A DNA stretch of 64,000 bases, taken from positions 544,001 through 608,000 of the forward strand of contig JAXDQS010000003.1 in the NCBI GenBank assembly GCA_034667725.1. The letters are read 5' to 3'. Below the pieces are notes generated by a model. The model did not search any database. It saw nothing but the letters and a program-made list of their open reading frames with translations, and was not told the origin of the DNA. Source of the stretch: Thermoplasmata archaeon. Its GTDB lineage: Archaea > Thermoplasmatota > E2 > JACPAO01 > JAHFTW01. The translations under genes were made by a program, and so were the position numbers. This document shows, piece after piece, positions 17,022 to 27,385 of this stretch; the first letter of the stretch is position 1; every line of letters starts with the position of its first letter.

Positions 17022-19022
17022 TTAGGCCTGCTCGTCGTCCTCGTCGTCCCGGCGCCGGCGGAACAGCACCAGCACCATGAACAGCATCAGGGTCGCCGAG
17101 GTGAACACCAGCGCCCAGCCGGCCAAGGTGAGGCCGAGGAACTGGCTGTCGGGGGCGACGACGCGGTTGAAGTCGCGCGCCTTGAGGTCGTCCATGACGT
17201 AGCCGACGCCGTCGCGGTGCCGGCAGTCCTTCAAGGGGTCGTCGGGGAAGCAGTCGAGGTGGTCGAGGATGCCGTCGCCGTCCCGGTCGCTGTCGCAGAC
17301 GTCGCCGAGGGCGTCGCCGTCCACGTTGCTTTGCACGGGGTTGCGGACGTAGCCGCAGTTGTCGAACGCGTTGTCGACCCCGTCGCCGTCGAGGTCGCCG
17401 TCGCACTCGTCGCCCAGGATGTCGCCGTCGAGGTCCGCTTGGCCGGGGTTGCGCTTGGTGGGGCAGTTGTCGGCCGTGTTGTGGATGCCGTCGCCGTCGA
17501 CGTCCTCGTCGCAGAAGTCAGGCTTGCCGTCGCCGTCCAGGTCGGAGTCGCGCGCCGTGGCGACGCAGCCGTCGCGGGGGGCGTAATAGTCGCCGGGGGC
17601 CTTCTTGCCGCCGCTGCTGCCGCTCGGGTCGGAGGGGCTGACGCATTCGTTGGGGCCGATCACGTTGACGGTGAGGACGTAGACGTCGACCTCGCCGTTG
17701 GCGGCGGTGACCGTGAGGGTCACGACGTAGGTGCCGGGCGCGTCGTACGTGTGCGAGGGGTTGGAGGCGCCGGAGGTGGTGCCGTCGCCGAACTCCCAGT
17801 ACCATGCGACGATGACGTAGGCGGGGCCGGGGGTGCTGCCGTCCGAGAAGTCCACGGGCGTCATGGCGCATCCGGGCGCGACCTGGGAGTAGGTGAACGA
17901 GGCGTTGGGCGGGCAGGGGCCGCTGGGCCAAGTGGCCGCGCCGCAGGGCGGCGTCGTCGGGTCGGGGCAGAGCGGGGCCGGAGGCACGACGCAGGGAGCG
18001 CAAGCCGGGTCCGGGTCCACGCAGGGGTAATCCGCGTAGCCGAAGCCGAACTCGCCGACGGGGGTCGCCGTCGTGGCGGAGCCGGTGCCGGTGGCGTCGG
18101 GGATCTGGGCGAAGGCGATGGCCTGGACCTGGACGCCGAGGTTGGTGAACGCGGGCGCGAGGGCGCCGGGCTGGCTGGCGGCGCCGTAGAACAGCTTGAA
18201 CCGGGCCTTCTCGCCGGGGTCCAGCGTGCTCAGGGAGAGCGGCGAGGTGTAGCGGCGGGAGCGGATCTCCAGCATGGCGCCGTACTCGCCGGGGCCGACG
18301 GTGCCGCCGCCGCCACCGCACGCCGAGCCGGGGCTCGGCGGGGACAGGAAGCCGTAGGGCGTCGTGGGGTCGGCCTGCACGAACGGGTCGAAGCTCATGC
18401 AGCGCAGCTCGATCGGGAAGCCGGCCAGCGGCGAGATGGTGACGACCTCGTTCTGGGGCGACGGCTCGGCGTCGAAGTCGACGGTGCGGCGGTAGCGGAT
18501 GTCGCCCAGGCGCAGGCTGCCGACGTTCTCGATGGTGACGGTGGCCTGGAAGACGGTGGGCTCGGAGGTGGTGGTGAAGTCATGGGTGATGCGCAGGTCG
18601 CCGACCCGGGCCTCGACCAGGGCCTTGGTGGCGGAGGCCACGAAGGCGGTGGGGACGACGCCGGCCGTGCCGGGGGCGGTGCCGGACTGGGCCCAGCCGA
18701 CGGTGGCGGTGGCCGCGCCAGGGGGGCGGTAGGAGAGGCCCCAGCCTTCGCAGACGCAGTAGTCCGCGACCCCTTCGAGCTGGGTCAGCGTGTCTCGGAG
18801 CGCCACGACGTCGGTGCCGCAGCCGCCTCCCGAGACCGAGGAGCGGCAGGTGCCGCCAGGGGACATGACGTCGCCTGCGACGCCCAGGTCGCCGTAGTCG
18901 CCGACGCCCAGCTGCACGGAGCCGTTGTCGAGGATGACGCCCGCGTCCGCCGGCGTGGCCACCACGGCGAACGCCGCCAGCAGGGCGGCGGCCGCAGCGG
19001 CCATCATCAGCGGAATCGGCAT
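17022..19022 (-). CDS. Surface protein: signal peptide, PKD domain, thrombospondin type-3 Ca-binding repeats, C-terminal TM anchor
   Basis: WYWEFGDG...PSHTYDAPGTYVVTLTV (PKD), repeated DxDGDG..DNCP..NP.Q, TM + RRRR. Confidence 0.88.
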   Translation of the reverse strand: MPIPLMMAAAAAALLAAFAVVATPADAGVILDNGSVQLGVGDYGDLGVAGDVMSPGGTCRSSVSGGGCGTDVVALRDTLTQLEGVADYCVCEGWGLSYRPPGAATATVGWAQSGTAPGTAGVVPTAFVASATKALVEARVGDLRITHDFTTTSEPTVFQATVTIENVGSLRLGDIRYRRTVDFDAEPSPQNEVVTISPLAGFPIELRCMSFDPFVQADPTTPYGFLSPPSPGSACGGGGGTVGPGEYGAMLEIRSRRYTSPLSLSTLDPGEKARFKLFYGAASQPGALAPAFTNLGVQVQAIAFAQIPDATGTGSATTATPVGEFGFGYADYPCVDPDPACAPCVVPPAPLCPDPTTPPCGAATWPSGPCPPNASFTYSQVAPGCAMTPVDFSDGSTPGPAYVIVAWYWEFGDGTTSGASNPSHTYDAPGTYVVTLTVTAANGEVDVYVLTVNVIGPNECVSPSDPSGSSGGKKAPGDYYAPRDGCVATARDSDLDGDGKPDFCDEDVDGDGIHNTADNCPTKRNPGQADLDGDILGDECDGDLDGDGVDNAFDNCGYVRNPVQSNVDGDALGDVCDSDRDGDGILDHLDCFPDDPLKDCRHRDGVGYVMDDLKARDFNRVVAPDSQFLGLTLAGWALVFTSATLMLFMVLVLFRRRRDDEDDEQA

Positions 19023-19152
19023 GGAACGCGCCACCACAAGCCTCCGGACCCCGTTCTTTTGCATTGAGTTAAGGTTTGTGTGCCGTTCCCTTCGTGCCGC
19101 CGGCCCGCCCCTGCAAAGACTTATCGCTCCCCCGAAGTCCTCGGGCCTTGGC

Positions 19153-22002
19153 ATGAAGCCCGCCCTCCTGACCGTCGCGATCGCCCTGCTGCTGGTGCCG
19201 ATCTCCGCGGCGAACCTTTCGGACCCCACTGCGTGCAGTTTCGGCGACCCCCTCCCCCTTGGCCCTGTGTACTACGCCCAGGGAGGCGCCAACCTGAACG
19301 CCACCGGGGTCAACTCGTGCGCCTTGGCCGGCAGCAACAACCTGGCCGCCGGCGTCAGCTCGGTGGTCGTCGCCGGCAACGGCGGCACCGCCGCCGGGCT
19401 TGCGTCGGGCGTCCTTGCGGGCACCGGCAACGAGGCGCAGGCCGAGCAGTCGATGGTCGGCGCCGGCACCGGGAACAAGGTCTTGGCCACCGGCTCCGGC
19501 GGCGCCATCCTGGCGGGCAACCTCAACAAGGTCTCGGGCGTGCTCTCCATCGTCGTGGGCGGCAACCTCAACGACGTCACCGCCAACCTCGGCTTCATCG
19601 GCGGCGGCGCCAACAACAAGGTCACGGGCCTCAACGGCGCCGTCGCCGGCGGCGTCGGCAACAAGGCGTTCGGCGAAAGCTCGTTCGTGGGCGGCGGCAA
19701 CGGCAACCAGGTCAGCGCCACCGGCCTTGGCGGCGTCGTGGCCGGCGGCCTGGCCAACCTCGCCACCGGCAAGGCGGCCACGGTCGTGGGCGGCGGCGGC
19801 AACCAGGCCTTGGCCGACTTCGCCACCGTGGCGGGCGGCAACACCAACACCATCATCGCCACCTCCACGGGCAGCTTCATCGGCGGCGGCGCGGGCAACG
19901 AGATCAACGCGGCCGGCGTCGGCACCGTCATCGTGGGCGGCGGCCTCAACAAGATCGTCGGCAACGGCGCCCAGTCGTTCATCGGCTCCGGCGTCCAGAA
20001 CAGCCAAGGCGGCAGCACCAGCGCCATCGTGGGCGGCTCGCAGAACGCCATCGTGACGACCACCTCGGGCGGCTTCATCGGCGCCGGCGGCCAGAACGCC
20101 ATCGCCGCCAGCGGCGCCAACTCCGCCATCGTGGCCGGCAGCTCCAACGGCATCCTGGGCGGCGTCACCGGCGGATTCATCGGCGCCGGCATGACCAACG
20201 CGGTCTCGGCCAACAACGCCGCCGTGGTCGGCGGCACCAACAACCAGGCCAACGGCGCGGCCTCGGCCGTCGTCGGCGGCGAGCGCAACGTCGCCGTGGG
20301 CGCCGGCTCCTTCCTTGGCGCCGGCAACGACAACGCCGCCAACGGCGCCGCCGCCACCGTCGTGGGCGGCCGCCTCAACAAGCTCATCGGCGACCTCGCC
20401 GTCATCGTGGGCGGCGAGAACAACGCCATCACCGGCCTCGGCTCCGCCATCCTCGGCGGCCAGGACAACACCGTGACGGGCGACAACGGCTTCATCGGCG
20501 GCGGCCGGGGCAACGAGGCCACCGGCGCCGGCGTGTTCATCGGCGGCGGCCGCGCCAACGAGGCCAACGGCGCCGACGCCACCGTGGTCGGCGGCACCGG
20601 CAACCAAGCCCTGGCCGACGGCGCCGCCATCGTCGGCGGCAACACCAACCTGGTCCTGGCGGGCGCCAACAACGCCGCCGTCGTGGCCGGCACCCAGAAC
20701 GAGGTCCAGGCGGCCGGCTCCTTCCTGGGCGCCGGCAGCGAGAACACCGCCGCCGGCACCGAGTCCGCCATCGTGGCGGGCAACAGCAACCGCGTCTCGG
20801 GCAACTACGGCGCCATCGTTGCCGGCGACCAGAACGTCGTCAGCGGCGCCGGCTCCGGCATCCTGGCCGGCACCCAGAACGTCGCCAGCGGCAACCAGGC
20901 CAACATCGGCGGCGGCAGCCAGAACACCGCCGTCGGCGACCAGAGCTTCGTCGGCAGCGGCCTGCAGAACAACGCCATCGGCACCGGCTCCGTCGTGGGC
21001 GGCGGCCAGAACAACCAGGCCGTAGGCGGCATCGCCGTCGTCGGCGGCGGCACCGCCAACCGCGCCCAAGGCATCGGCAGCGGCGTCGGCGGCGGCCGCG
21101 GCAACACCGCGCAGTCGCAAGACTCCACGGTCGCCGGCGGCTCCGCCAACCTCGCCCTCAACCAGGGCTCGTTCGTCGGCGGCGGCATCTCCAACCAGGC
21201 CCTCGGCGCCTTCTCGGCCGTCGTGGGCGGCAACAACGCCAACATGGCCATCGGCGCCGCCTCCTTCGTGGGCGGCGGCAGCCGCAACGCCGCCGTGGGC
21301 GACTCCTCCGCCATCGCGGGCGGCACCTCGAACTCCGCGGGCGCCTTCGCGGCGGTCGCGGGCGGCAACATGAACCAGGCCGCCGGCACCCAGAGCTCGG
21401 TGGGCGGCGGCAACATGAACCTCGCCGTCGGCATCGGCTCGCACGTCGGCGGCGGCGACCAGAACCGCGCCCTCGGCGACTACGCCAACATCGGCGGCGG
21501 CGTCGGCAACCGCGCCACCGGGTTCGCCAGCATGGTCCCGGGCGGCCAGGCGGCCCTCGCGGACAACTACGGCCAGATGGCGGTCGCCTCCGGCTCGTTC
21601 AGCCCGCTCCCCGGCACGGCGCAGGCCAGCAAGTTCGTGGTCCGCGGCTCCTCCAGCACGGCCGGCAGCGTCGAGCTCATGGCCGACGGCGGCGCCAGCG
21701 TCCTTGGCGAGAAGATGAAGGTCCGCCTGGGCGCGACCTGGGCCTTCAAGGGCCTGGTCGTCGCCAGCGCCGGCGGCGGCGCCCTGTCGCACGGCTGGGA
21801 GGTCCGCGGCGTCGTGAAGAACACGCCCACCGGCATCACCCTGGTGAGCTCCTCGGTCAGCGACATGGGCAGCGACGCCGCCGCGACCGCGTGGACCGTC
21901 AGCGTCTCGACCGACCCCGTCCAAGGGGCGCTGGTTCTGAAGGGCAACGCGACCACGGGCGTCCACTTCGTGGGCACCGTCGAGACCGCCGAAGTGGCAT
22001 AG
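19153..22002 (+). CDS. Secreted Gly/Asn-rich beta-solenoid repeat protein (adhesin or tail-fibre-like)
   Basis: Signal peptide MKPALLTVAIALLLVPISA, roughly 50 repeats of ~14-17 aa (SxVxGGxxNxAxG), then a globular C-terminal domain. Confidence 0.85.
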   Translation: MKPALLTVAIALLLVPISAANLSDPTACSFGDPLPLGPVYYAQGGANLNATGVNSCALAGSNNLAAGVSSVVVAGNGGTAAGLASGVLAGTGNEAQAEQSMVGAGTGNKVLATGSGGAILAGNLNKVSGVLSIVVGGNLNDVTANLGFIGGGANNKVTGLNGAVAGGVGNKAFGESSFVGGGNGNQVSATGLGGVVAGGLANLATGKAATVVGGGGNQALADFATVAGGNTNTIIATSTGSFIGGGAGNEINAAGVGTVIVGGGLNKIVGNGAQSFIGSGVQNSQGGSTSAIVGGSQNAIVTTTSGGFIGAGGQNAIAASGANSAIVAGSSNGILGGVTGGFIGAGMTNAVSANNAAVVGGTNNQANGAASAVVGGERNVAVGAGSFLGAGNDNAANGAAATVVGGRLNKLIGDLAVIVGGENNAITGLGSAILGGQDNTVTGDNGFIGGGRGNEATGAGVFIGGGRANEANGADATVVGGTGNQALADGAAIVGGNTNLVLAGANNAAVVAGTQNEVQAAGSFLGAGSENTAAGTESAIVAGNSNRVSGNYGAIVAGDQNVVSGAGSGILAGTQNVASGNQANIGGGSQNTAVGDQSFVGSGLQNNAIGTGSVVGGGQNNQAVGGIAVVGGGTANRAQGIGSGVGGGRGNTAQSQDSTVAGGSANLALNQGSFVGGGISNQALGAFSAVVGGNNANMAIGAASFVGGGSRNAAVGDSSAIAGGTSNSAGAFAAVAGGNMNQAAGTQSSVGGGNMNLAVGIGSHVGGGDQNRALGDYANIGGGVGNRATGFASMVPGGQAALADNYGQMAVASGSFSPLPGTAQASKFVVRGSSSTAGSVELMADGGASVLGEKMKVRLGATWAFKGLVVASAGGGALSHGWEVRGVVKNTPTGITLVSSSVSDMGSDAAATAWTVSVSTDPVQGALVLKGNATTGVHFVGTVETAEVA

Positions 22003-22011
22003 GCCACGCTA

Positions 22012-22040
22012 GGCCCTTTTCCTCTCCTTCTCCTTGCTTG
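22012..22040 (+). terminator. Pyrimidine-rich archaeal-type terminator
   Basis: CCCTTTTCCTCTCCTTCTCCTTGCTT directly after the stop, between convergent genes. Confidence 0.5.
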
Positions 22041-22088
22041 CCCCGCTCCCAAGGCGGGGCGGCGGCTTTCGGCGGCTTGCGTGCAGCG

Positions 22089-22337
22089 CTAGGCCAGCGT
22101 CTCGAGCTGCGACATGATGTTCCAGACCAGCGTCCGCCCGTGCAGGGGGATGTTGGGGTCGTTGGCCATGTCGTCGAGCGTGTTGATGGCCTTCGCCTTG
22201 CGGACGTCGAGCGGCTTGTCGTTCTCGGACAGGAGGAGCTTGATCTGCTCGGCGCTGCGGCGGATGTTGCGCGGCACCGAGGTGTCCTCCATGAGCATCT
22301 CGAGGCCGGTGTTGATGTTCTGGATCCGGGATGCCAT
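22089..22337 (-). CDS. UPF0147 family protein
   Basis: EDTSVPRNIRR...LDDMANDPNIPLHGRTLVWNIMSQLE pattern. Confidence 0.92.
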   Translation of the reverse strand: MASRIQNINTGLEMLMEDTSVPRNIRRSAEQIKLLLSENDKPLDVRKAKAINTLDDMANDPNIPLHGRTLVWNIMSQLETLA

Positions 22338-22397
22338 GAGAAAGCGACTCCAAGGCCCCCCGACCGGGGCGCCGGGCGCGGCGACGGAAGACCCGTC

Positions 22398-24683
22398 TTA
22401 AGCCCTTTCGGCGGCGTCAACCAGGCGGCGCGGCGCGTAGGGCGCGTCGAGGACGCGGCGCACCTCGGACGCCTTGCCGGGCCCGACGCCGTCCACCTCC
22501 GCGAGCGCCGCGGCGCTTGCCGCGAACACGGCGGCGGCGCTGCCGAAGCGGGCCAGCAGCCGCTCGGCCAGCGTGTCGGAGATTCCGGGCAGCCCGGCGA
22601 CCAGGAACAGTTGGCGCTCGCGGTCGTCCATCGCGGGCTTGGCGGGGCGCACGGCCATCTTGCGGTGGTCGCGGAACTGCTCGCGCTTGGCGACCGCGTG
22701 CAGGAACCGGGCGGTCTCCAGCGGGTCGCGGGCGGACACGACGGGGATGCCGTGCTCGACCACGATGGCGGCAAGGGCGCCGAAGATGGCCTCGGGGCTG
22801 ACGGCGCGGTGGCCGTGCAGCGACTCGCCCTCCAGCAGCAGGAAGGGGCGCGGGTACGCCTTGAGGGCGCGCAGCTGCTCGAACAGGCGGCCGTCGACCA
22901 AGGAGTCCACGAAGTCGGCGCACGACTTGCGCTCGACCACGATGCGGTCGGACAGCACGAAGTCGCCGGTGTCGAGGGTGCGGCCTTCGAGGATGCAGCC
23001 CAGCTCGGCCAGGTGCTTGACGACGCCCCCGGCCTGTTCGCGCGCGTCGAAGACGACGCGGGGCGCGGGGCCGGCCGGCTCCTTGGGGGACGCAGGAGTG
23101 GGCGCGGGTGCGTCGAGCCGCTGCTGCCCGGCGGGCACGGCCGGCGGCGGCGCGGCGTTGCCGAGGGCGGCGCGGAGGCTCTGGAGCTCGCGCACCATCT
23201 GGAGCTCCTTGCGGCGGGCGGACCAGTGGGCGGCCTCGTCCTGGGTGCCCTTGGTCATGAGGACCACCACACGGCCGGCGCGGTGGCGGCCGGTGCGGCC
23301 GCGGCGCTGGATGCTGCGAATCTCGCTCGGGATGGGCTCGAAGAACACCACCAGGTCGGTGGACGGGATGTCGAGGCCTTCCTCGGCAACACTGGTGGCC
23401 ACGAGGACGTTGTGGGCGCCGGCGCGGAACCGCTCCAGCACCTCGTGCTGCTGCTTCTGGGTGAGGCCCTCCTGGGCGCCGCGCTTGGATTGGCCGACGA
23501 AGGTGACGGGGTTGACGCCGGGGAGCTTGGCGAGGTGGCCGGCGACCAGCTCGCAGGTGGCGCGGTAGTGGGTGAAGACGATGGCGCGGCTGTCGGGCTG
23601 GGCGGCGAGGAGCTGCTGGACGAGGGTGCCCGTGCGGCCGAGCTTGGGGTTCTCGGCGTCGTCGAAGCGCGCGACGTGGTAGGCCTCGTTGACGCGGGGG
23701 TCGTCGGCGACCGACTTGGTGGCCTTGGAGGGCTTGCCGCTGCGGATCTCCTCGCGCATCGACTCGAGGTACTGCACGAACGCGGCGGAGCCTTGGGTCT
23801 CGACCTGCTCGATGGCGTGCTGGAGCTTCATCGCCTGGGCCTGGAGCGAGAGGCCGACGAACAGGCTGCTGTCGGGGTCGACGGCCTTCCCCAGCTTGGA
23901 CTGCAGGTCGGCACCGAGCAATAGCAGCTCGCGGCGGTTGGGCCGGGTGGAGACGTTGAAGCCGAGGTTCTTGAGGCTCCGCAGCCGTTCGGAGAGCGCC
24001 TCCTGGAGCTTGGCGGACACGCGGGCCATGCTGGGCGGCAGCGGGAGCGTCTCCCACTCCATGCCGATCTCCTGCACGAAGGGCGCGACGTCGGGGTCGG
24101 CGGGGGTGCGCACCTCGATGTGGGCCAAGCCGAGGACGGTGCGGACCTCCTCGATCTTCTTGGCGTCGTGGCCGGGGCTGGCCGTCAGCGCGAGGCGGCG
24201 GACCTTGTGGGGCCGGAACTGGCCGCCGATGAAGGTGTACGGGTAGTCGCCCATGGCGCGGTGCGCTTCGTCGTAGACCACCCAGTCGAGCCTGGCGGGG
24301 TCCAGCTTGCGCGCCACCAGGTCGTTCTGCACCACTTGGGGCGTCGCGACCACGATGCCGGGCTCGGCGTAGGCGGCCTCCCGCTTGGCAGGCGCCGTGT
24401 GGCCGGTGAGGGCATGGACCCGGCTGGCCCACGGCTCCAAAAGGACGCCGCGCAGGAAGGCCGCGTGCTGGTCCACCAGGGGCCGGGTCGGGGCCATCAC
24501 GAGGACGCGCTGGGCGCCGGCGTTGAGGGCGTCGGCCAGCACCAGGAGCGCCACCACGGTCTTGCCCATCCCGGTCGGCAGCACCACCAAGGTGTCGCGG
24601 GCGCCCGCGATGCGGGCCAGGTTGGCCTGGTAGCCGCGGAACTCGACCGACCCCTCCCGGAGGAGCGGGTGACGGATGTGCAC
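22398..24683 (-). CDS. hef: Hef/FANCM-like SF2 helicase fused to ERCC4 (XPF) nuclease and HhH
   Basis: LPTGMGKT, DEAH, TASPG, QRRGRTGR; GDFVL..ERKSCADF; terminal HhH repeats. Confidence 0.95.
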   Translation of the reverse strand: MHIRHPLLREGSVEFRGYQANLARIAGARDTLVVLPTGMGKTVVALLVLADALNAGAQRVLVMAPTRPLVDQHAAFLRGVLLEPWASRVHALTGHTAPAKREAAYAEPGIVVATPQVVQNDLVARKLDPARLDWVVYDEAHRAMGDYPYTFIGGQFRPHKVRRLALTASPGHDAKKIEEVRTVLGLAHIEVRTPADPDVAPFVQEIGMEWETLPLPPSMARVSAKLQEALSERLRSLKNLGFNVSTRPNRRELLLLGADLQSKLGKAVDPDSSLFVGLSLQAQAMKLQHAIEQVETQGSAAFVQYLESMREEIRSGKPSKATKSVADDPRVNEAYHVARFDDAENPKLGRTGTLVQQLLAAQPDSRAIVFTHYRATCELVAGHLAKLPGVNPVTFVGQSKRGAQEGLTQKQQHEVLERFRAGAHNVLVATSVAEEGLDIPSTDLVVFFEPIPSEIRSIQRRGRTGRHRAGRVVVLMTKGTQDEAAHWSARRKELQMVRELQSLRAALGNAAPPPAVPAGQQRLDAPAPTPASPKEPAGPAPRVVFDAREQAGGVVKHLAELGCILEGRTLDTGDFVLSDRIVVERKSCADFVDSLVDGRLFEQLRALKAYPRPFLLLEGESLHGHRAVSPEAIFGALAAIVVEHGIPVVSARDPLETARFLHAVAKREQFRDHRKMAVRPAKPAMDDRERQLFLVAGLPGISDTLAERLLARFGSAAAVFAASAAALAEVDGVGPGKASEVRRVLDAPYAPRRLVDAAERA

Positions 24684-24922
24684 ACGGCGGCGACCCGGCG
24701 GCGCGTGATGAAAGGTTCGGGGCGGCGGGTGAACGGACTTCGCCGCCCGACCGGGTCGCAACCCAATTTTGACCCCCCCGCTTCGCGTGGAGGCCTTCAT
24801 CCCTCCTGTTGGACAGCGAGTTTCGCGTTTCGGCCATATACTACAGGCAGGTCGCGCCCCGAGTGGGCAAGAAGACGGTTCACTCGCCTCTTCTCCCGCG
24901 TTCATCCCGGAGGGCGCGCTGA

Positions 24923-27034
24923 ATGGTGACGATGCCCCAGATCACGGTCCAGGACGCGCAGCTGGCGGCGAAGTGGGACTCGTTCCTGCAAGACTACTGC
25001 AAGGCCAGCATCCAGCAAGCCGTCCTGAACTACCCGGAGACCCGCAGCCTCAGCGTCGACTTCAACGACCTGCAGCTGCGCGACCCGGACCTGGCCAACG
25101 ACCTCTTGGCGCGCCCCGCCCGCAACCTGCGCATCGGCGCCGGCATGCTGCACCAGGTCGACGTCACCGTCGATCCCCGGCCCAAGCTCCACCTGCGCGT
25201 CCGCGGCCTGCCCGAGTCGCAGCGCGTCCTGCCCCGCCAGCTGCGCAGCGAGCACCTCGGCAAGCTCCTCGCCATCGAGGGCCTCGTCAAGAAGGTCACC
25301 GAAGTGCGCCCCACCGTGCTGGAGGCGGTCTTCGAGTGCAAGGTCTGCACCACCCGCGCCCACGTCGTGCAGGACGACGAGTTCCTCGCTGAGCCCGTGC
25401 TGTGCGAGACCTGCGACGCCCAGCGCCCCTGGCGCCTCTTGGAGGAGGAGTCGCGCTACCTCGACCACCAGAAGGTGGAGATCCAGGAAGCCCCCGAAGG
25501 CCTGCGCGGCGGCTCCCAGCCCGAGCGCCTCACCATCCACCTCCAGGACGACCTCGTGCACCAGGTGGCGCCCGGCGACCGCGTCTGCATCAACGGCATC
25601 CTTACGACCCAGGCCCGCCGCCAAGGCAGCCAGAAGCGCGTCGAGTTCAACAAGGTCCTCACCGGTGTCAGCATCGAGGTCCGCCAGCAGGAGTTCAGCG
25701 AGGTCCAGCTCACCGCCGAGGACGAGGACCAGATCCTGACCCTCTCCGAGGACCCGCGCATCTACGAGCGGCTGCGGGCCAGCTTCGCGCCCACCATCTA
25801 CGGCCTCGAGACCGAGAAGGACGCTTTGATCCTGGCGCTGTTCGGCGGCGTCGAGAAGACCTACCGCGACGGCAGCCGCAACCGCGGCGACATCCACGTC
25901 CTCCTGGTCGGCGACCCCGGTGTCGCCAAGTCCCAGCTGCTGCGCTACCTCTCGAAGCTCGCCCCGCGCGCCATCTTCACCTCCGGCAAGGGCGCAAGCG
26001 CCGCCGGCCTCACCGCAGCCGCCGTCAAGGACGACTTCGGCGAAGGCCAATGGACCTTGGAGGCCGGTGCTTTGGTGCTGGCCGACCGCGGCATCGCCTG
26101 CATCGACGAGCTGGACAAGATGGACAAGAACGACCAGTCCAGCATGCACCAGGCGATGGAGCAGCAGGAAATCTCGATCGCCAAGGCCGGCATCTCGGCC
26201 ACCCTCAAGTCGCGCTGCGCCGTCATCGGCGCCGCCAACCCCAAGATGGGCCGGTTCGACGAATACTCCTCGATCCACGAGCAGATCAACATGCCGCCGG
26301 CCCTGCTGTCGCGCTTCGATCTCATCTTCAGCCTCCTCGACAAGCCCAGCCGCGACCGCGACAACCAGCTCGCCAGCCACATCCTCCGCACCCACCAGGC
26401 CGGCGAGGTCCGCGAGCACCGCATGGCCCACCCCACGGGCGCCTACACCAAGGAGGACGAGGACCGGCTCCTCAAGAAGGTCCTGCCCGACCTCGACGCC
26501 GAGCTGCTGCGCAAGTACGTCGCCTTCGCCAAGCGCAACATCCTTCCCGTCCTCAGCGACGAGGCGCTCCAGCGCATCCAGAGCTACTACGTCGAGCTGC
26601 GCAACTCCAGCGACGGCTCCATGCCGCTCACGGCCCGCCAGCTGGAGGCCTTCGTGCGCCTCGCCGAGGCCCGCGCCCGCATCCGCCTCAGCCAGGAGGC
26701 CACCCTCGACGACGCCGAGGCCGCCATCCGCATGATGGAGGCCTGCCTCCGCAGCGTCGGCGTCGACCGCGAGACCGGCAAGTTCGACATCGACATCATC
26801 AACTCCGGCGTCAGCCACAGCCAGCACGACCGGATGCGCGTCCTCTTGGAGATCGTGCGCACCCTCGCCAAGGAGTCGCAGAAGGGCTACGCCACCGAGG
26901 AGCAGGTGCTCGCGGAGGCCAGCAAGCAAGGCATCAGCCCCGACGCGGCCCGCAAAGGCCTGGAGATGGGCGTCCGCAACAGCAGCCTGTACGCCAAGGG
27001 CGGCGCCGGCACCTTCGCGCCCCTGAGCAGCTAA
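24923..27034 (+). CDS. mcm: Replicative helicase MCM
   Basis: Zn finger CKVC/CETC, GDPGVAKS, CIDELDKM, SRFD arginine finger. Confidence 0.97.
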   Translation: MVTMPQITVQDAQLAAKWDSFLQDYCKASIQQAVLNYPETRSLSVDFNDLQLRDPDLANDLLARPARNLRIGAGMLHQVDVTVDPRPKLHLRVRGLPESQRVLPRQLRSEHLGKLLAIEGLVKKVTEVRPTVLEAVFECKVCTTRAHVVQDDEFLAEPVLCETCDAQRPWRLLEEESRYLDHQKVEIQEAPEGLRGGSQPERLTIHLQDDLVHQVAPGDRVCINGILTTQARRQGSQKRVEFNKVLTGVSIEVRQQEFSEVQLTAEDEDQILTLSEDPRIYERLRASFAPTIYGLETEKDALILALFGGVEKTYRDGSRNRGDIHVLLVGDPGVAKSQLLRYLSKLAPRAIFTSGKGASAAGLTAAAVKDDFGEGQWTLEAGALVLADRGIACIDELDKMDKNDQSSMHQAMEQQEISIAKAGISATLKSRCAVIGAANPKMGRFDEYSSIHEQINMPPALLSRFDLIFSLLDKPSRDRDNQLASHILRTHQAGEVREHRMAHPTGAYTKEDEDRLLKKVLPDLDAELLRKYVAFAKRNILPVLSDEALQRIQSYYVELRNSSDGSMPLTARQLEAFVRLAEARARIRLSQEATLDDAEAAIRMMEACLRSVGVDRETGKFDIDIINSGVSHSQHDRMRVLLEIVRTLAKESQKGYATEEQVLAEASKQGISPDAARKGLEMGVRNSSLYAKGGAGTFAPLSS

Positions 27035-27070
27035 GGGAGCGCCTCCCCAACGCCCTTATGGGAAGGCCTT

Positions 27071-27385
27071 GTGGCGGCCCGAGTGTTCGCGGCGAAGAAC
27101 TACCAGCAGGGCATCCAGCGGCTGCTTGCCGCCTGCGATGAGGAGCTGCTGGGGACCCGCCACGCGGAAGGCAAGTTCCGCCTCGACGTGACACCCAACT
27201 TCTACGACGGCCTGCGCATCGGCGAGCCCGAGCTGGAGGCCTACCTGCGCTCCTGCACCGTCGCCAACCTGGTCGGCCGCCGCGCCGTCGAGGTCGCCGT
27301 CCGGATGGGCCTCGTCGACCCGGCCAACGTGCTGTCCATCGGCGGCGTGCCGCACGCCCAGCTCCTGGTGATGGACCTGCCATGA
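27071..27385 (+). CDS. DUF424 family protein
   Basis: LAACDEELLG...NFYDG...ANLVG...GVPHAQ; known adjacency to NMD3. Confidence 0.88.
   Translation: MAARVFAAKNYQQGIQRLLAACDEELLGTRHAEGKFRLDVTPNFYDGLRIGEPELEAYLRSCTVANLVGRRAVEVAVRMGLVDPANVLSIGGVPHAQLLVMDLP

Noticed and set aside
12689-22002. Prophage or integrated element defined by the recombinase plus the fibre-like gene
   Set aside because: No capsid, terminase, replication or att repeats; the intervening genes are typical archaeal cellular genes.
15012-23924. Very long ORFs 15012..19067, 19080..23924 and 19069..21966, and similar ones elsewhere (e.g. 46235..49438, most of 58029..61088)
   Set aside because: Antisense or off-frame shadows of real genes, expected at this GC content; Arg/Pro/Gly-rich with no motifs.
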